Shown: positions 21,801-32,507, counted from the stretch's first letter. The stretch is DNA of 64,000 bases from a virus (IMGVR_UViG_3300008267_005791:7159-71158); one strand, 5' to 3'. A program made the numbers and translations. The notes: generated by a model not told the origin, from the letters alone.

Positions 21801-24733
21801 TAAAATATACCCCAACAGAAGCCGACCCAAGAAGTGTACTTAGAAATGATTTTGGTTGGGCGATAATTGGAGATTCAATATCTAATATCTTAACACCAAC
21901 CCCAACACCAGATTTAACAAAAACCCCAACAAAAACGCCTACTCAAACACCGACACAAACAAAGACTCCAACAAAAACTCCAACTCAAACACCTACACCA
22001 ACTAGAACACCAAACATTATTTACGAATCTCCAGTAATCTACCATATACAAAGAGTGTATACAAACGCTTATTTAATTTATTTTACACCAGCAAATAATT
22101 CTCCTTGTAATAGTATTTTACCATACGGGTCGGTGGACAATGTAACATGGTTTAGTGGTACATCTAATAGTTGTGGTTCATACGTCCCAATAACAACCAA
22201 TTTGGATACTTCAGGTACTATATATGTGAAGATTACACAAACCTCAATTTACGGAATAGAGAGTTATTCAAATATCGCTTTATATACAAATGGTTCTTTT
22301 ACAACCTCTTTACCAACACCAACTCCCACACCAACCCCTACAATAACACCAACACAAGGATTACCTTTTCAATATCTTCCCATAATTAATAACATTGTTA
22401 GAACAGGTGGTTCTCAATATAATATATTTGTAACACCAGGAAATTTGGGTACTTGTCAAAATATAATAATATACTATTCTTTTAATAATGTTACTTTTAA
22501 TTATTATGGTGCATATAGTTGCGGTTCTTTATTCTCATTTGATTCATTTAGTTATACAGGGATTGTCTATATTAAAATTGGTCAATCTTATGTTGGTAAT
22601 CAAAACGTTTACTATTCTGACGTATCATTATACTCTAATGGGGTAATAATATCTCCGGTATTGACAACAACATGTCTTTCACCAACAATTACAAGTGTTA
22701 GTAATCCATCAGGTAGTTCATTATTAATTAATTTTACTTTACCATTTCCCTGTAACGGTAATGGAAATAGTGTTCCCGTACAATATTCTTATGATAATAT
22801 TAATTGGCAATATGGTAATATATCTAATGGAGCGACAAATTGTTCATCACCTATTATCTTTAATTCGTTTACAACAACAGGGAATGTCTACGTTAGACTT
22901 TTACAATATTGTTCTGTTAATGCTGCCTTTAGTGCTCCATCAAATGTTGTTATATATACGTTTCCCCAATTAACTCCGACACCAACCTCAACAAAAACCC
23001 CAACTCCAACACTAACATCGACAACCAACCCAATCGTACCAATACCAATTATTACAAACATTACTCAACCAAGTTTATCAAGTTATCAAATTAGTATGGT
23101 AATTAGTAATACGTTAACTTGTAATGTTATGTCTATATATTATTCATTTGACAATATTAGTTGGAGTATGACAAGAAATTTTGCATGTACAACTAATTCC
23201 TCTTTTTTAACATATTTACCAGCGGTGAGTTTTATTTACATAAAAATATATCAACAATATGTGGGTGGAAGTTCAGTATTTTCTGATGTTTATTTATATC
23301 AAAATGGTGAAACGACCATAGTTGTTTCTCCAACACCAACACCAACACCGACTCCAACAATAACTCCAACAATAACCCCAACAAAAACACCGACTCCAAC
23401 GCCAACACCAGCACCAATAATTCAAAATTATGGTAACGATTTTACGTCAACGTGGAGAACATTAGACTCAAACGATACAATAACACTACCCTATATTGCT
23501 GACGGGAACTATAGTGGTACAATAGATTGGGGAGATGGAACTACTTCTGTAAATAGTTACGAAAATAGAGCCCATACTTACTCTAACGCTGGAGACTATA
23601 CAATTAGAGTAACTGGTCAAGTACGTGGTTGGGAATTTAGTAGTGACGCACCTATAGAATATGAAAATGGTAGTGGTTCTGAGTATCCAAATAATTATAA
23701 AATATTATCAATACTTAATTGGGGGAACTTTTCTTTAAGAGGGGGGACAACATCACAATTCGCATATTGTATTAATTTAACGTTAGATTCAGTCAACGGA
23801 GTTTTAAACCTTACAGATTATGATGTAGAAGAAAATATTGGTTATATAACAATTGATGGTTTATTTAGAAATTGTGTTAGTATAACAACAATTAATAATT
23901 TAACATCTTGGAATTTAAGTTATATCACTAGTTTATCCAGCATGTTTTATTACGCAACATTATTTAATCAAGATTTATCGTCTTGGGATGTAAGTAATGT
24001 TACTAATATGTCATATATGTTTGCCGGCACAGATTTCAACAGTTCAATAAGTAATTGGAATGTTGGTAATGTTACAAATATGTCTCAAATGTTTTTTAAC
24101 AACCAATCGTTTAATCAAGACATTTCATTTTGGAATGTGGGTAATGTTACTAATATGTCATATATGTTTGCCGGTTCACAATTTAACAACTTAATAAATA
24201 ATTGGGATGTAAGTAATGTTACTAATATGTCATTTATGTTTCAAAGTTCAAGTTTTAACCAACCAATAAATTCTTGGAATGTTAGTAATGTTACTAATAT
24301 GTCGGGTATGTTTGGATATTCAAATTTTAATCAACTAATAAATTCTTGGAATGTTAGTAATGTTACTAATATGTCAGGTATGTTTGGAATTTCACCTTTT
24401 AACCTACCTCTTAATTCTTGGAATGTCAGTAATGTTACTAATATGGATTATATGTTTGATGGTAACACATTTTTTAATCAAGACATTTCTGATTGGAATA
24501 TAAGTAAGGTTCTATCAATGATTAATATGTTTAGGGACACAACACCAATGAACTCAACAAATTATAATAATTTGTTGATTAAATGGTCACAATTACCTTT
24601 AATTTATAACAATTATACTATGAGATTAGATGTTCCGGGATTTGTATATACATCAATATCCGCCAGTAACGCAAGAAATATTTTAATAAATACATATAAT
24701 TGGAATATAGTTGGAGATACGGGGTCAATATAA
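18830..24733 (+). CDS. BspA/DUF285 repeat surface protein with PKD-like and Fn3-like domains and PT linkers (1967 aa)
   Basis: Many [20 protein letters not shown] repeats; two TIDWGDG PKD-like domains; five PT linkers. Confidence 0.85.
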   Translation: MLIGQKLEVVNNGDGKIIINFQNLSDSTWRRQVELGPKQIKSIWCIKGTFSFSNGTSGLLKILSDINWPPEDLIYVRIKPTPTPTPTNTPTPTNTPTPTLETIRVKTYLGPYTNQNLSGNTGNFSDTNLCNIKVGWFAYGPEVINLPITSIDCVKGDITIDGYFIEDTEYVFSENEFLSNPLIISAVDDSVPYFLTNNVEIPMSGETLLVNYSLNLAENSSDNISDSGGIYFNNIDYNGINQSNYFDSMVGKNFLLTINQNESAAVFSGGSDSVQILNDESGYFIDTVSEAGITLLNKTITDFIFDEVVYVDLTIISPINISTETPTPTPTSTPTITPTITPTITITPTPGLPPTPTPTSGLLVTLTPTPTPTSELSITLTPTPTQTQTKTPTPTPILNDLDFISIWRVSSPSNSVTLPYGPSGTYSGTIDWGDGTTSVNRYANRKHVYSSPGDYTITISGVLVRWSFSNGVDRFKILSILNWGCLNLGSSINCFYGCGNLTLNNVKDTLNLTNTTNLSNLFVNCDSLTTINNVNLWDVSNVTNMNFMFRNTNFNDDISNWDVSNVTTMRAMFWDSPFDQPIGDWNVGSVTNMGFMFYSSLFNQDISNWNTVNVTDMIYMFGLSPFNHPIGDWDVSNVTDMSYMFYNTQFNQSIGDWSVGNVTTMRTMFRNSPFNQPIGDWDVSNVTSMRSMFWDSPFDHPIGDWNVGNVTNMEYMFYKSLFNQDISNWNVGNVTNMEYMFYGTPFNQPIGGWDVGNVTDMNQMFYDTPFNQPIGDWNVGNVIDMRGMFRFSFFNESIEYWNVSNVTTMRSMFWGCPFNQPINSWNVGNVTDMWAMFYNASFNQPIGDWNVGNVTDMSYMFYNSPFNQPIGDWNVGNVTDMSRMFHETSFNQPIGGWNVGNVTDMRSMFFNSQFNQPIGDWDVSNVTSMWGMFYSTAFNQDISNWDIGKVRNMEYMLNGTYMSVINYDSLLLKWSLLPVKQYNVLLGVSGLKYTPTEADPRSVLRNDFGWAIIGDSISNILTPTPTPDLTKTPTKTPTQTPTQTKTPTKTPTQTPTPTRTPNIIYESPVIYHIQRVYTNAYLIYFTPANNSPCNSILPYGSVDNVTWFSGTSNSCGSYVPITTNLDTSGTIYVKITQTSIYGIESYSNIALYTNGSFTTSLPTPTPTPTPTITPTQGLPFQYLPIINNIVRTGGSQYNIFVTPGNLGTCQNIIIYYSFNNVTFNYYGAYSCGSLFSFDSFSYTGIVYIKIGQSYVGNQNVYYSDVSLYSNGVIISPVLTTTCLSPTITSVSNPSGSSLLINFTLPFPCNGNGNSVPVQYSYDNINWQYGNISNGATNCSSPIIFNSFTTTGNVYVRLLQYCSVNAAFSAPSNVVIYTFPQLTPTPTSTKTPTPTLTSTTNPIVPIPIITNITQPSLSSYQISMVISNTLTCNVMSIYYSFDNISWSMTRNFACTTNSSFLTYLPAVSFIYIKIYQQYVGGSSVFSDVYLYQNGETTIVVSPTPTPTPTPTITPTITPTKTPTPTPTPAPIIQNYGNDFTSTWRTLDSNDTITLPYIADGNYSGTIDWGDGTTSVNSYENRAHTYSNAGDYTIRVTGQVRGWEFSSDAPIEYENGSGSEYPNNYKILSILNWGNFSLRGGTTSQFAYCINLTLDSVNGVLNLTDYDVEENIGYITIDGLFRNCVSITTINNLTSWNLSYITSLSSMFYYATLFNQDLSSWDVSNVTNMSYMFAGTDFNSSISNWNVGNVTNMSQMFFNNQSFNQDISFWNVGNVTNMSYMFAGSQFNNLINNWDVSNVTNMSFMFQSSSFNQPINSWNVSNVTNMSGMFGYSNFNQLINSWNVSNVTNMSGMFGISPFNLPLNSWNVSNVTNMDYMFDGNTFFNQDISDWNISKVLSMINMFRDTTPMNSTNYNNLLIKWSQLPLIYNNYTMRLDVPGFVYTSISASNARNILINTYNWNIVGDTGSI
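20438..21695 (+). repeat. Tandem ~72-bp (24-aa) DUF285 repeat array 1 (about 17 units)
   Basis: Repeated TTTAACCAACCAAT(A/T)GGTGATTGGAATGTTGGTAATGT motif. Confidence 0.9.
23908..24530 (+). repeat. DUF285 repeat array 2 (about 8 units)
   Basis: Repeated TGGAATGTTAGTAATGTTACTAATATGTC motif. Confidence 0.85.
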
Positions 24734-24739
24734 TTTGAT

Positions 24740-24768
24740 TTGACTTATAATTGTTAAATAATTATATT
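24740..24768 (+). promoter_or_regulatory. Sigma70-type promoter for DNA polymerase
   Basis: TTGACT-N17-TATATT; overlaps a TATTTATA at 24765-24772. Confidence 0.6.
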
Positions 24769-24830
24769 TATAGAAACAAGACAAACCTGAAATTAATCAG
24801 AGCTAATATGTCATTCTAAAAAATATAATT

Positions 24831-27620
24831 ATGGTAACACAAGAAGAGATTAAGGCGTTCCTTGAAGGGAACGACCCGGAAGAACACATCGTTGCTATTG
24901 AGTATGATTACGCATCTGACTCAATCTACAAAATTAAAGAAATCCCTGGTCAGGGAAAAATAATCAAAAAAGACACATTTACGGCATTTGCTTGGGTTGG
25001 TGATTTGAGAGATTTGAATTTTTATTCAAAGTCCAAAGACCAACAAAAAGAAGCAATGAAGAAACACGGTATCATCATTGATAAATTAGAAACCAAAGGT
25101 AATGAGAGATTAGAAAAAGGTCTTAAGTTTATGGTTAAATCAATGAAGGGTTATCGTTCACTTATCCAATTCTTTAGGGATGGTGGTGTTGACCCTTGGG
25201 GTGAAAAAACAAAAGGAAAATTAACGGTACTTCCACCGGTAGAACAATTCCTAATTTCAAGAGAGAAAAGATTATTCAAAGGGTATGAAGAATACAATGA
25301 CATTACCAGACTCGGATTTGACTTGGAGACGACCGCTTTAGAACCTAAAGATGGTCGTATCTTTATGATTGGAATCAAAACAAATAAAGGTTATCAAAAA
25401 GTTATTGAGTGTGCCGATGAAGACCAAGAACGAAAAGGTTTAGTGGAATTCTTTAATATTATTGATGAACTTAAACCATCAATTATTGGTGGATACAATT
25501 CAGCAAACTTTGACTGGTTTTGGATATTTGAGAGATGTAAATCACTTAATTTAGACATTAAGAAGATTGCAAAATCTTTAAATCCATCAAGACCCATCTC
25601 ACAAAAAGATGGTATGTTAAAACTAGCCAACGAAGTTGAGAGATTCTCACAAACTCAATTATGGGGTTACAATGTTATTGATATTATTCACTCTGTTCGT
25701 AGAGCACAAGCAATCAATTCAAGTATTAAATCAGCAGGCCTTAAATACATAACTCAATATATTAAAGCTGAATCTCCCGACCGAGTTTATATTGACCATT
25801 TAGAGATTGGTCCGATGTATGCCAAAAAAGAAGAATATTGGTTAAATGTTGAGAATGGAAAATATAAGAAAGCCGACAATCCGGCATTTGATAATTTAGA
25901 TACAAGATTTCCGGGTAAATATTTAAAGGTGACCGGAGATAATATTGTTGAGAGATATCTTGACGACGATTTAGAGGAGACGTTGACTGTGGATGATGAA
26001 TTCAACCAAGGAACGTTTCTACTCGCATCGATGGTACCAACAACATATGAGAGAGTTTCCACAATGGGAACCGCAACTCTATGGAGAATGATTATGTTGG
26101 CTTGGTCTTATAAGAATAAATTGGCTATCCCCGCTAAAGAAGAGAAGACGGACTTCGTAGGGGGACTTTCAAGGTTACTTAAAGTGGGATACTCTACCAA
26201 TGTATTAAAACTTGACTACTCTTCCCTATACCCATCGATTCAGTTGGTACACGATGTGTTTCCCGAGTGTGATGTAATGGGTGGAATGAAAGGTATGTTA
26301 ACTTATTTCCGTAACGCTCGTATTATGTATAAAAACTTAGCGTCCGAATACAAATCAATTGATTCTAAAAAATCATTATCGTACGATAGAAAACAATTAC
26401 CTTTAAAAATCTTTATTAACTCAATGTTCGGTGGATTGTCCGCTCCCCACGTTTACGAATGGGGTGAAATGAATAGTGGAGAACGAATTACTTGTACCGG
26501 ACGACAATATCTTCGTCAGATGGTAAAATACTTCGTTAAAAGAGGTTATACTCCTTTGGTACTTGACACCGATGGTGTTAACTTTAGTTTACCTGAAGGT
26601 GGTGTTGATGATAGGGTTTATATTGGGAAAGGATTAAATTGGTTGGTTAAAGAGGGTCAAGAATATAGAGGATATTATGCAGACACTGCCGAGTATAACG
26701 ATTTGTTTATGAAAGGTGAGATGGGATTAGATTGTGATGGAACTTGGGATTCGTGTATTAATTTAAGTAGAAAGAATTACGCCACAATGGAATCCAATGG
26801 TAAAATTAAATTAACCGGGAACTCAATTAAATCTAAAAAATTACCATTATATATTGAGGTGTTTTTAGATAAAGGGGTTAAATTGTTATTGGAGGGTAAA
26901 GGACAAGAGTTTATTGAGTGGTATTTTGAATATCACCAAAGAATATTTGACCAACAAATCCCATTAAAACAAATCGCCCAAAGAGCAAGGGTTAAGTTAT
27001 CTATTGATGATTATAAAAAACGATGCACTCAAAAAACAAAGGCGGGCTCTTTAATGAGTCGTATGGCTCACCTTGAACTAGCAATTAAACATGATTTAAA
27101 AGTTTCGTTGGGTGATGTTATTAGTTATGTTAATAATGGAACTAAAGCCTCTCATGGAGATGTTCAAAAAATAACAAAAAACAATTATACTAAAAAAGAG
27201 TTAGATTTGTTTACATCTGTGAATGGTAAAGAACCGGAGGATAAATCAACCTCAACAATACAACTAAATTGTTATCTATTAGACCAAACAGAAATTGAAA
27301 ATAATCCTGATTTAACAGGTGATTATAATGTTCCGAGAGCAATCTCAACATTTAATAAAAAAGTGGAACCATTATTAATTGTTTTTAATAAAGAATTAAG
27401 AGAAAATTTGTTAATCGCTAATCCGGAAGACAGAGGATTTTTTACTAAAACACAATGTGAATTAATTGGAGGTATTCCAAATAAAGAAGAAGACCAAGAC
27501 ACTATTGAGGATTTATTAACTATCACCGATTTAGAATTAAAGTTTTGGGATAGAGTTGGTGTTAGTTCCGATTATATTTATGACTTGGCAGAACCAGGGT
27601 GGGAAGAACATATTAATTAA
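24831..27620 (+). CDS. polB: DNA polymerase family B
   Basis: ExoI FDLETT, ExoII GYNSANFD, ExoIII Y..DD; polymerase motifs DYSSLYPS, K..INSMFG, DTDG and KNYA. Confidence 0.95.
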   Translation: MVTQEEIKAFLEGNDPEEHIVAIEYDYASDSIYKIKEIPGQGKIIKKDTFTAFAWVGDLRDLNFYSKSKDQQKEAMKKHGIIIDKLETKGNERLEKGLKFMVKSMKGYRSLIQFFRDGGVDPWGEKTKGKLTVLPPVEQFLISREKRLFKGYEEYNDITRLGFDLETTALEPKDGRIFMIGIKTNKGYQKVIECADEDQERKGLVEFFNIIDELKPSIIGGYNSANFDWFWIFERCKSLNLDIKKIAKSLNPSRPISQKDGMLKLANEVERFSQTQLWGYNVIDIIHSVRRAQAINSSIKSAGLKYITQYIKAESPDRVYIDHLEIGPMYAKKEEYWLNVENGKYKKADNPAFDNLDTRFPGKYLKVTGDNIVERYLDDDLEETLTVDDEFNQGTFLLASMVPTTYERVSTMGTATLWRMIMLAWSYKNKLAIPAKEEKTDFVGGLSRLLKVGYSTNVLKLDYSSLYPSIQLVHDVFPECDVMGGMKGMLTYFRNARIMYKNLASEYKSIDSKKSLSYDRKQLPLKIFINSMFGGLSAPHVYEWGEMNSGERITCTGRQYLRQMVKYFVKRGYTPLVLDTDGVNFSLPEGGVDDRVYIGKGLNWLVKEGQEYRGYYADTAEYNDLFMKGEMGLDCDGTWDSCINLSRKNYATMESNGKIKLTGNSIKSKKLPLYIEVFLDKGVKLLLEGKGQEFIEWYFEYHQRIFDQQIPLKQIAQRARVKLSIDDYKKRCTQKTKAGSLMSRMAHLELAIKHDLKVSLGDVISYVNNGTKASHGDVQKITKNNYTKKELDLFTSVNGKEPEDKSTSTIQLNCYLLDQTEIENNPDLTGDYNVPRAISTFNKKVEPLLIVFNKELRENLLIANPEDRGFFTKTQCELIGGIPNKEEDQDTIEDLLTITDLELKFWDRVGVSSDYIYDLAEPGWEEHIN

Positions 27621-27623
27621 AAC

Positions 27624-27654
27624 AAAAAAGGTGTCAAATACGACACCTTTTTTT
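27624..27654. terminator. Bidirectional intrinsic terminator between convergent genes
   Basis: AAAAAAGGTGTC-AAATAC-GACACCTTTTTT. Confidence 0.85.
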
Positions 27655-28012
27655 ATTCTAATTTTAACCCATCACTTGAGACTATGTACCAGTTATCTTC
27701 TATTAAATAGAACTCAACACACGCTCCTCGGTCAATAAAAATTTCATCATAGAGTTCATCAATTTTATTTGAGCTTGGTGTTATATAAACTTTTGTTAAC
27801 GCTTTAATTATTATATGTTCCGTTGTTTCTGAATCTAAAACTATTTTACATTCACTAACACCTTTGGCCAATATTAAAACTTCACCTTTAGTATTATAAA
27901 CCTCATCAGTTATAACTTTTTTTATGTTTTCAATATTAGATTCATAAACTTCATTATAAAATCTTTTATCACCGACCACTTTTTTTTCTGTCTGTCTATT
28001 TAAATCTAACAT
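27653..28012 (-). CDS. Hypothetical protein (small beta-rich, possibly structural)
   Basis: 119-aa ORF directly downstream of the neck gene. Confidence 0.6.
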   Translation of the reverse strand: MLDLNRQTEKKVVGDKRFYNEVYESNIENIKKVITDEVYNTKGEVLILAKGVSECKIVLDSETTEHIIIKALTKVYITPSSNKIDELYDEIFIDRGACVEFYLIEDNWYIVSSDGLKLE

Positions 28013-28017
28013 AATAT

Positions 28018-29130
28018 TTAAATTACATAAATTTGTCTTGGCATTGCTCTAAATTTCAAAGACTTATTTAAATTCTCCGCTAATAAAGCTTCTCGTTCCA
28101 TCATTTTATCAGGTCGTAATCTCTCCAATCTTAATTTTAATTCTTCTTCAAGTTTTGATTTTTCATCTGCACCTTCTGTAGCTAATGATGCGTAATCCAT
28201 AGTTAATTCACTATCAGGTGTTTTAACATTTCCACTAAATTTACCCCTAACTCTTGCTAATGTTTGTTTAACATATGCGGTAAACCATCTTCTAACCCAT
28301 TGTTGAGCAGGGTTATTTAAATCAACCCAAGATATTTCCTCAAACGGAACATCAGAAGGAAGTGTAATAATATCAGGGTTCGCCTTTAAACATTTGTCTC
28401 TGTCTGCCGGACCAACATCATAATACCAATACCATACTTTACCTCTAGTCATTGTTGCATTCCCAAAGTCAAATTTACCACCGGGCGTATTCATTATATG
28501 TAAAGCTTTTTTACCTTCAGGGAGTGCGGTAATTCTATATGTTAAATCACCAGCAATAATTCTTCTTTGAATATTAGTTTCTTGCATCCTCAATAATATG
28601 TCAAAGGCCGGCATCATAAAATATGACCCGGACATACCCATTTGTGAGAAACCACCAGACCCACCTAAACCACCGGCACCTAATGTTCCGAAAGTCCAAG
28701 GGTCAAACAATAAATTATTAAGTTCTGCAGGTGTAAACCATAAAACCTCATTAATTTCTCTATTCGCGGGGATTTCATATATTTGTTGATTACGTTCAAG
28801 TTGGATATAGTCTTTCTTAAGTTCCCAATCACCACCGGCTTGAAGTCCTACGATTTTAGAATAAGCGTAGGTATATCTTGTTTCAAAATCCAAACTTTTT
28901 GTTATGAAAGCTTTGGATAATGATTGAGTATCAAGATTAAGATTATATAGTGATGTCCATTGAGATTCTATTAACCAATCTTGAACATATTGGGAATAAT
29001 CACCGATAGATAATTCTAATAGACTATCCATCATTTCGTCTTCAATTTCTATTGAACGAAGTGGTGCTCCAAGTAAATGTTTAATTCTTGTGTATAACGC
29101 GGTTCTTTGAGGTTCTGGAATTACTGACAT
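28018..29130 (-). CDS. Neck/head-tail adaptor protein (T4 gp13-like)
   Basis: IKHLLGAPL..IEI, WVRRW.TA..K..L..VRGKF and EE-rich C-terminus typical of gp13-like proteins. Confidence 0.75.
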   Translation of the reverse strand: MSVIPEPQRTALYTRIKHLLGAPLRSIEIEDEMMDSLLELSIGDYSQYVQDWLIESQWTSLYNLNLDTQSLSKAFITKSLDFETRYTYAYSKIVGLQAGGDWELKKDYIQLERNQQIYEIPANREINEVLWFTPAELNNLLFDPWTFGTLGAGGLGGSGGFSQMGMSGSYFMMPAFDILLRMQETNIQRRIIAGDLTYRITALPEGKKALHIMNTPGGKFDFGNATMTRGKVWYWYYDVGPADRDKCLKANPDIITLPSDVPFEEISWVDLNNPAQQWVRRWFTAYVKQTLARVRGKFSGNVKTPDSELTMDYASLATEGADEKSKLEEELKLRLERLRPDKMMEREALLAENLNKSLKFRAMPRQIYVI

Positions 29131-29151
29131 AGTTCTTTTTATTTATAAATA

Positions 29152-30690
29152 TCAATTTAATGAATAAATTAAATCTCCTTTAGGAAAAACATATTGTCCA
29201 TCAACTATTTTTGAATTTTTATTTCTAAAAATTAAAACCTCTTGATTATTTTTGGTGAAAATTAACCAATCGGTATAATATTTTTTAACAGCCCCTGAAC
29301 CAATAACAGTAATCTCTTCATCATTTGTTTTAATACTTGAAAAAGGTTTTATTTGACTACTTAATTTTCTACCATTTATAATAACTTCACAATCTATACC
29401 ACCAATCATATCCTCTTTACCACCCAATTTACCAATGGCAATAACATTGTCTTTTCCAAATTTTTTCTTTAAAATCTCAATAGTTTTATCTTCACGAGAT
29501 TGTCCCCAAGCATCAGTTTGAGTTAAAACTTTCATAATGTTTTGGAATGTTGCTGAAGTTTGTTTGAATATTCTAAATCTATATTCATATAAGAAAATGA
29601 GTAATTTTTTAGTTTCCTCAATTTGTTCTAGTGGTTTTAAACCAACAATCTTAATTTCAGGTGAGTTTGTAGATTTTAAAAATTTATTTGTGTCGTTAAG
29701 AAGAACACAGAAACAACTATAATTGGTGTTTAATTTATTTAAGACAGAACGACCATCTCTTTCTAAATCATAAACACCTGACATTTCACCTTTAGCATAT
29801 TCCCCATACCCATAATAGTTATCCGGAAAAACTTCTTTAAGGATGTGATTAATACCTTCCATAAAAATTTGTTTAATTTTCGGGTTAATATTAAAAACCA
29901 TACGTATAGCTTCGTTTTCTTCTCTACTACATCTTTCTGATTTACCTTCGGTAAGTACAGATTTAAAATTTAATGATTCATTTAATTTAGTCTCAATTCT
30001 CATTGTATATAGTTTATTAACAAATTCCCAATTAACACATTTCCAAAAATTCTTAACATAGTCATTTTTTTTATTTCTATATTTTAAATAATAAGCGTGT
30101 TCCCATAAATCTAATCCTAATATTGGATAACCTCCGTCGTCTATAATATTCATAAGAGGATTGTCTTGATTTTCTGTGGTTACAATTTTTAAGGTATTTC
30201 GTTTTGTTAAAACTAACCAAATCCACCCTGAACCAAATTTTTCTTGAGCAATTTCCTCAAACTTATTTTTAAACTGGACAAAGGTAGTAAAATCTTTTTT
30301 AATTTGTTTAATAATTTCACCATTTGGTGTTTGTCTTTTTGGGGTTAACATTTTCCAAAACAATGCGTGGTTAAAAGCTCCTCCGGCATTGTTCCTAATT
30401 GTCTTATCAAATCTACTAATTGATTTAATAATTTCTTCTAATTCTAAATCACCGTAATCTTTCTTTTTAAGAGCGGAATTTAATTTATCAACATATCCTT
30501 TGTAGTGTTTGTTGTAATGGTAATCCATTGTTTCAGCATCAATAAATTGTTTTAATGCTGAGTAGGAATAGGGTAATTTATCTATCCCTATTTTTTTCAT
30601 CTCATTAATGAACATTTGTTGATTTTCATAGGTTTCAACTTTTTTTAGTTCTTCAGTTATGAGATTGATTTTTTCTTCAATCTTTTTCAT
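29152..30690 (-). CDS. sod: Fe/Mn superoxide dismutase (Mn-type signature) fused to C-terminal domain
   Basis: LPYSYSAL, HYNKHY, NNAGGAFNHALFW, FGSGWIWL, NQDNP and LDLWEHAYY; about 280 extra C-terminal residues. Confidence 0.9.
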   Translation of the reverse strand: MKKIEEKINLITEELKKVETYENQQMFINEMKKIGIDKLPYSYSALKQFIDAETMDYHYNKHYKGYVDKLNSALKKKDYGDLELEEIIKSISRFDKTIRNNAGGAFNHALFWKMLTPKRQTPNGEIIKQIKKDFTTFVQFKNKFEEIAQEKFGSGWIWLVLTKRNTLKIVTTENQDNPLMNIIDDGGYPILGLDLWEHAYYLKYRNKKNDYVKNFWKCVNWEFVNKLYTMRIETKLNESLNFKSVLTEGKSERCSREENEAIRMVFNINPKIKQIFMEGINHILKEVFPDNYYGYGEYAKGEMSGVYDLERDGRSVLNKLNTNYSCFCVLLNDTNKFLKSTNSPEIKIVGLKPLEQIEETKKLLIFLYEYRFRIFKQTSATFQNIMKVLTQTDAWGQSREDKTIEILKKKFGKDNVIAIGKLGGKEDMIGGIDCEVIINGRKLSSQIKPFSSIKTNDEEITVIGSGAVKKYYTDWLIFTKNNQEVLIFRNKNSKIVDGQYVFPKGDLIYSLN

Positions 30691-30731
30691 TTGGCTTATT
30701 TGTTATTCTTATAAATATCTTAACAACCGAA

Positions 30732-32507
30732 TTAGCCTCGGTTGTTAATTTTATTCATAAGTTCTCCGATGAAATCACCCTTCTCTTCTATGTTATCACC
30801 CATTACGGTGTTAATGTTTTGTTTTTTATGATTCACCATATCATAAATGATTCCCTCTATACTATTATCAAAAATTGGGTAATAAACTGAAACGGAATTT
30901 TTTTGTCCATATCTATAAGCTCTGTCTTCGGCTTGAGCTAAGTCTCCCGGAACAAATGATAAGTCATTAATAATAACGGCTTCTGCTGCGGTTAACGTTA
31001 TTCCCACACCGGCAGCCTTAACATTCCCAACAAACACTTTAATCTTTTCATTATCTTGAAATTGGTCAACAGCATATTGTCGTTGAGGTTTTGATGTAGA
31101 ACCATCTAATCTAACAGCAATTTTTCCAAAATGGTCGGCAATCTGATTTAATGTGTCCGTAAAGTTAGTAAAGATAATAACTTTTTTATCTTGTTCTAAA
31201 ATATTTTCAGCTAATTCTATTGTGTCTTTAACTTTTTCTTCTGCTATCACTTGACGAACTTTCATTAACTTACTAAACTGAACGGTAAGTGATGTTGATT
31301 CATCGGGGTTTTTATTATACCAATCATAATATTCACCCATCAACCCTTCATAAAGTTTTGATTTTAATCTTAAATAAATTGGGGTGATAATTTTTTCAGG
31401 TAAATCTAAAACCTCAGTCTTTAATCTTCTCAATACTTGTCTTGATGTTCTGTCTCTTAATTCTTCTAAATTTGATGCTCCCGAAACATTCCATATTTTT
31501 CTTTTACCCGCCATAAATTGATAACCTTGACAATATCGTATTGCGTAAGCCATCCAATTTTGGGAGACCGGACTCTCAATTAGAGATAATAGGTTAAAGT
31601 AATTCATCGGACGATTTGTCATGGGTGTCCCTGTTAACAACCACACTCTTTCACAATTTTTAGCAAAACTATTAACAAGTTTTGTTCTTGCTGCCTGTCC
31701 ATTACTTACATAGTGAGCCTCATCCAAAATAATTAAATCAAAATTTCCTTGAGTAATTAAGGATTCTGACTTATTTTTAAGGTCGTAAAAGTTTTTAAGA
31801 ATATCGTAATTCACAATCACAAAATCGTGTTCTATTGAGAAATTCTTACCTTCAGAAATATAAACACTTCTATCACTATAATTCTCAATCTCTCTTTGCC
31901 AGTTAATCTTTAGGGATGCCGGACAAACAATTAGTATTTTCTTTGCCCCCGTTTCTAACGCTGCAATAATGGTAGAAGTTGTCTTACCAAGTCCCATATC
32001 GTCAGCTAAAATGAATCTTTTTGAACCGGCAAGTTTCTCAATTGCAAGTTTTTGATGTTCAAGAGGGGGACGATTAGAATATTTTTTGTAATTAATAACA
32101 ACATCTTTAATTGTGTGAGTTTTAATTAAAGCTCCCTTCGGTAACCAAAATTCATTAATAGTTTCACCGGATAGAACTTTACCCCAAATATGATACGATT
32201 TTTCTTTCTCAACTAATAACTTTTCCACCCATACTTGTTCAGGAATATTTGTTAATAGTTTTTCATCAGCAATTTTTTTGGCGAAGTAGGGGTCTAAATC
32301 AACCCATCTTTTAGCCACCTTTGGGATTACTTCGTGATAATTTAATATGTAGTCAGATTGTGCCCGAGTAGGGAAGAATCTTTTATTAGTTTCCTTTTGT
32401 AATTTTAATTTTAGGATATAGTTATTCGCTCCTTGATAAGTGTCGAGAAGAGATATTGCTCGTTGTTCTACTGTTAAATTAGAATTTTCAGATGTATTGT
32501 TTTCCAA
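30732..32507 (-). CDS. SNF2-family (SMARCAL1/HARP-like) helicase/annealing ATPase
   Basis: ILADDMGLGKT, DEAH, LTGTP, GVGITLT and QAEDRAYRYGQ. Start placed at TTG 32507, downstream of a sigma70-like promoter. Confidence 0.9.
   Translation of the reverse strand: MENNTSENSNLTVEQRAISLLDTYQGANNYILKLKLQKETNKRFFPTRAQSDYILNYHEVIPKVAKRWVDLDPYFAKKIADEKLLTNIPEQVWVEKLLVEKEKSYHIWGKVLSGETINEFWLPKGALIKTHTIKDVVINYKKYSNRPPLEHQKLAIEKLAGSKRFILADDMGLGKTTSTIIAALETGAKKILIVCPASLKINWQREIENYSDRSVYISEGKNFSIEHDFVIVNYDILKNFYDLKNKSESLITQGNFDLIILDEAHYVSNGQAARTKLVNSFAKNCERVWLLTGTPMTNRPMNYFNLLSLIESPVSQNWMAYAIRYCQGYQFMAGKRKIWNVSGASNLEELRDRTSRQVLRRLKTEVLDLPEKIITPIYLRLKSKLYEGLMGEYYDWYNKNPDESTSLTVQFSKLMKVRQVIAEEKVKDTIELAENILEQDKKVIIFTNFTDTLNQIADHFGKIAVRLDGSTSKPQRQYAVDQFQDNEKIKVFVGNVKAAGVGITLTAAEAVIINDLSFVPGDLAQAEDRAYRYGQKNSVSVYYPIFDNSIEGIIYDMVNHKKQNINTVMGDNIEEKGDFIGELMNKINNRG

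Noticed and set aside
24783-24812. Fluoride-riboswitch-like fragment AAACC...GCTAAT in the polB leader
   Set aside because: The conserved 5' GGnGAUG segment and pseudoknot are missing; kept only as a generic structured leader.
24831-27620. Intein or intron in polB, helicases, RecA or RNR
   Set aside because: Lengths are normal, with no intein C-terminal HN-C/S/T junction, LAGLIDADG block or frame break seen.
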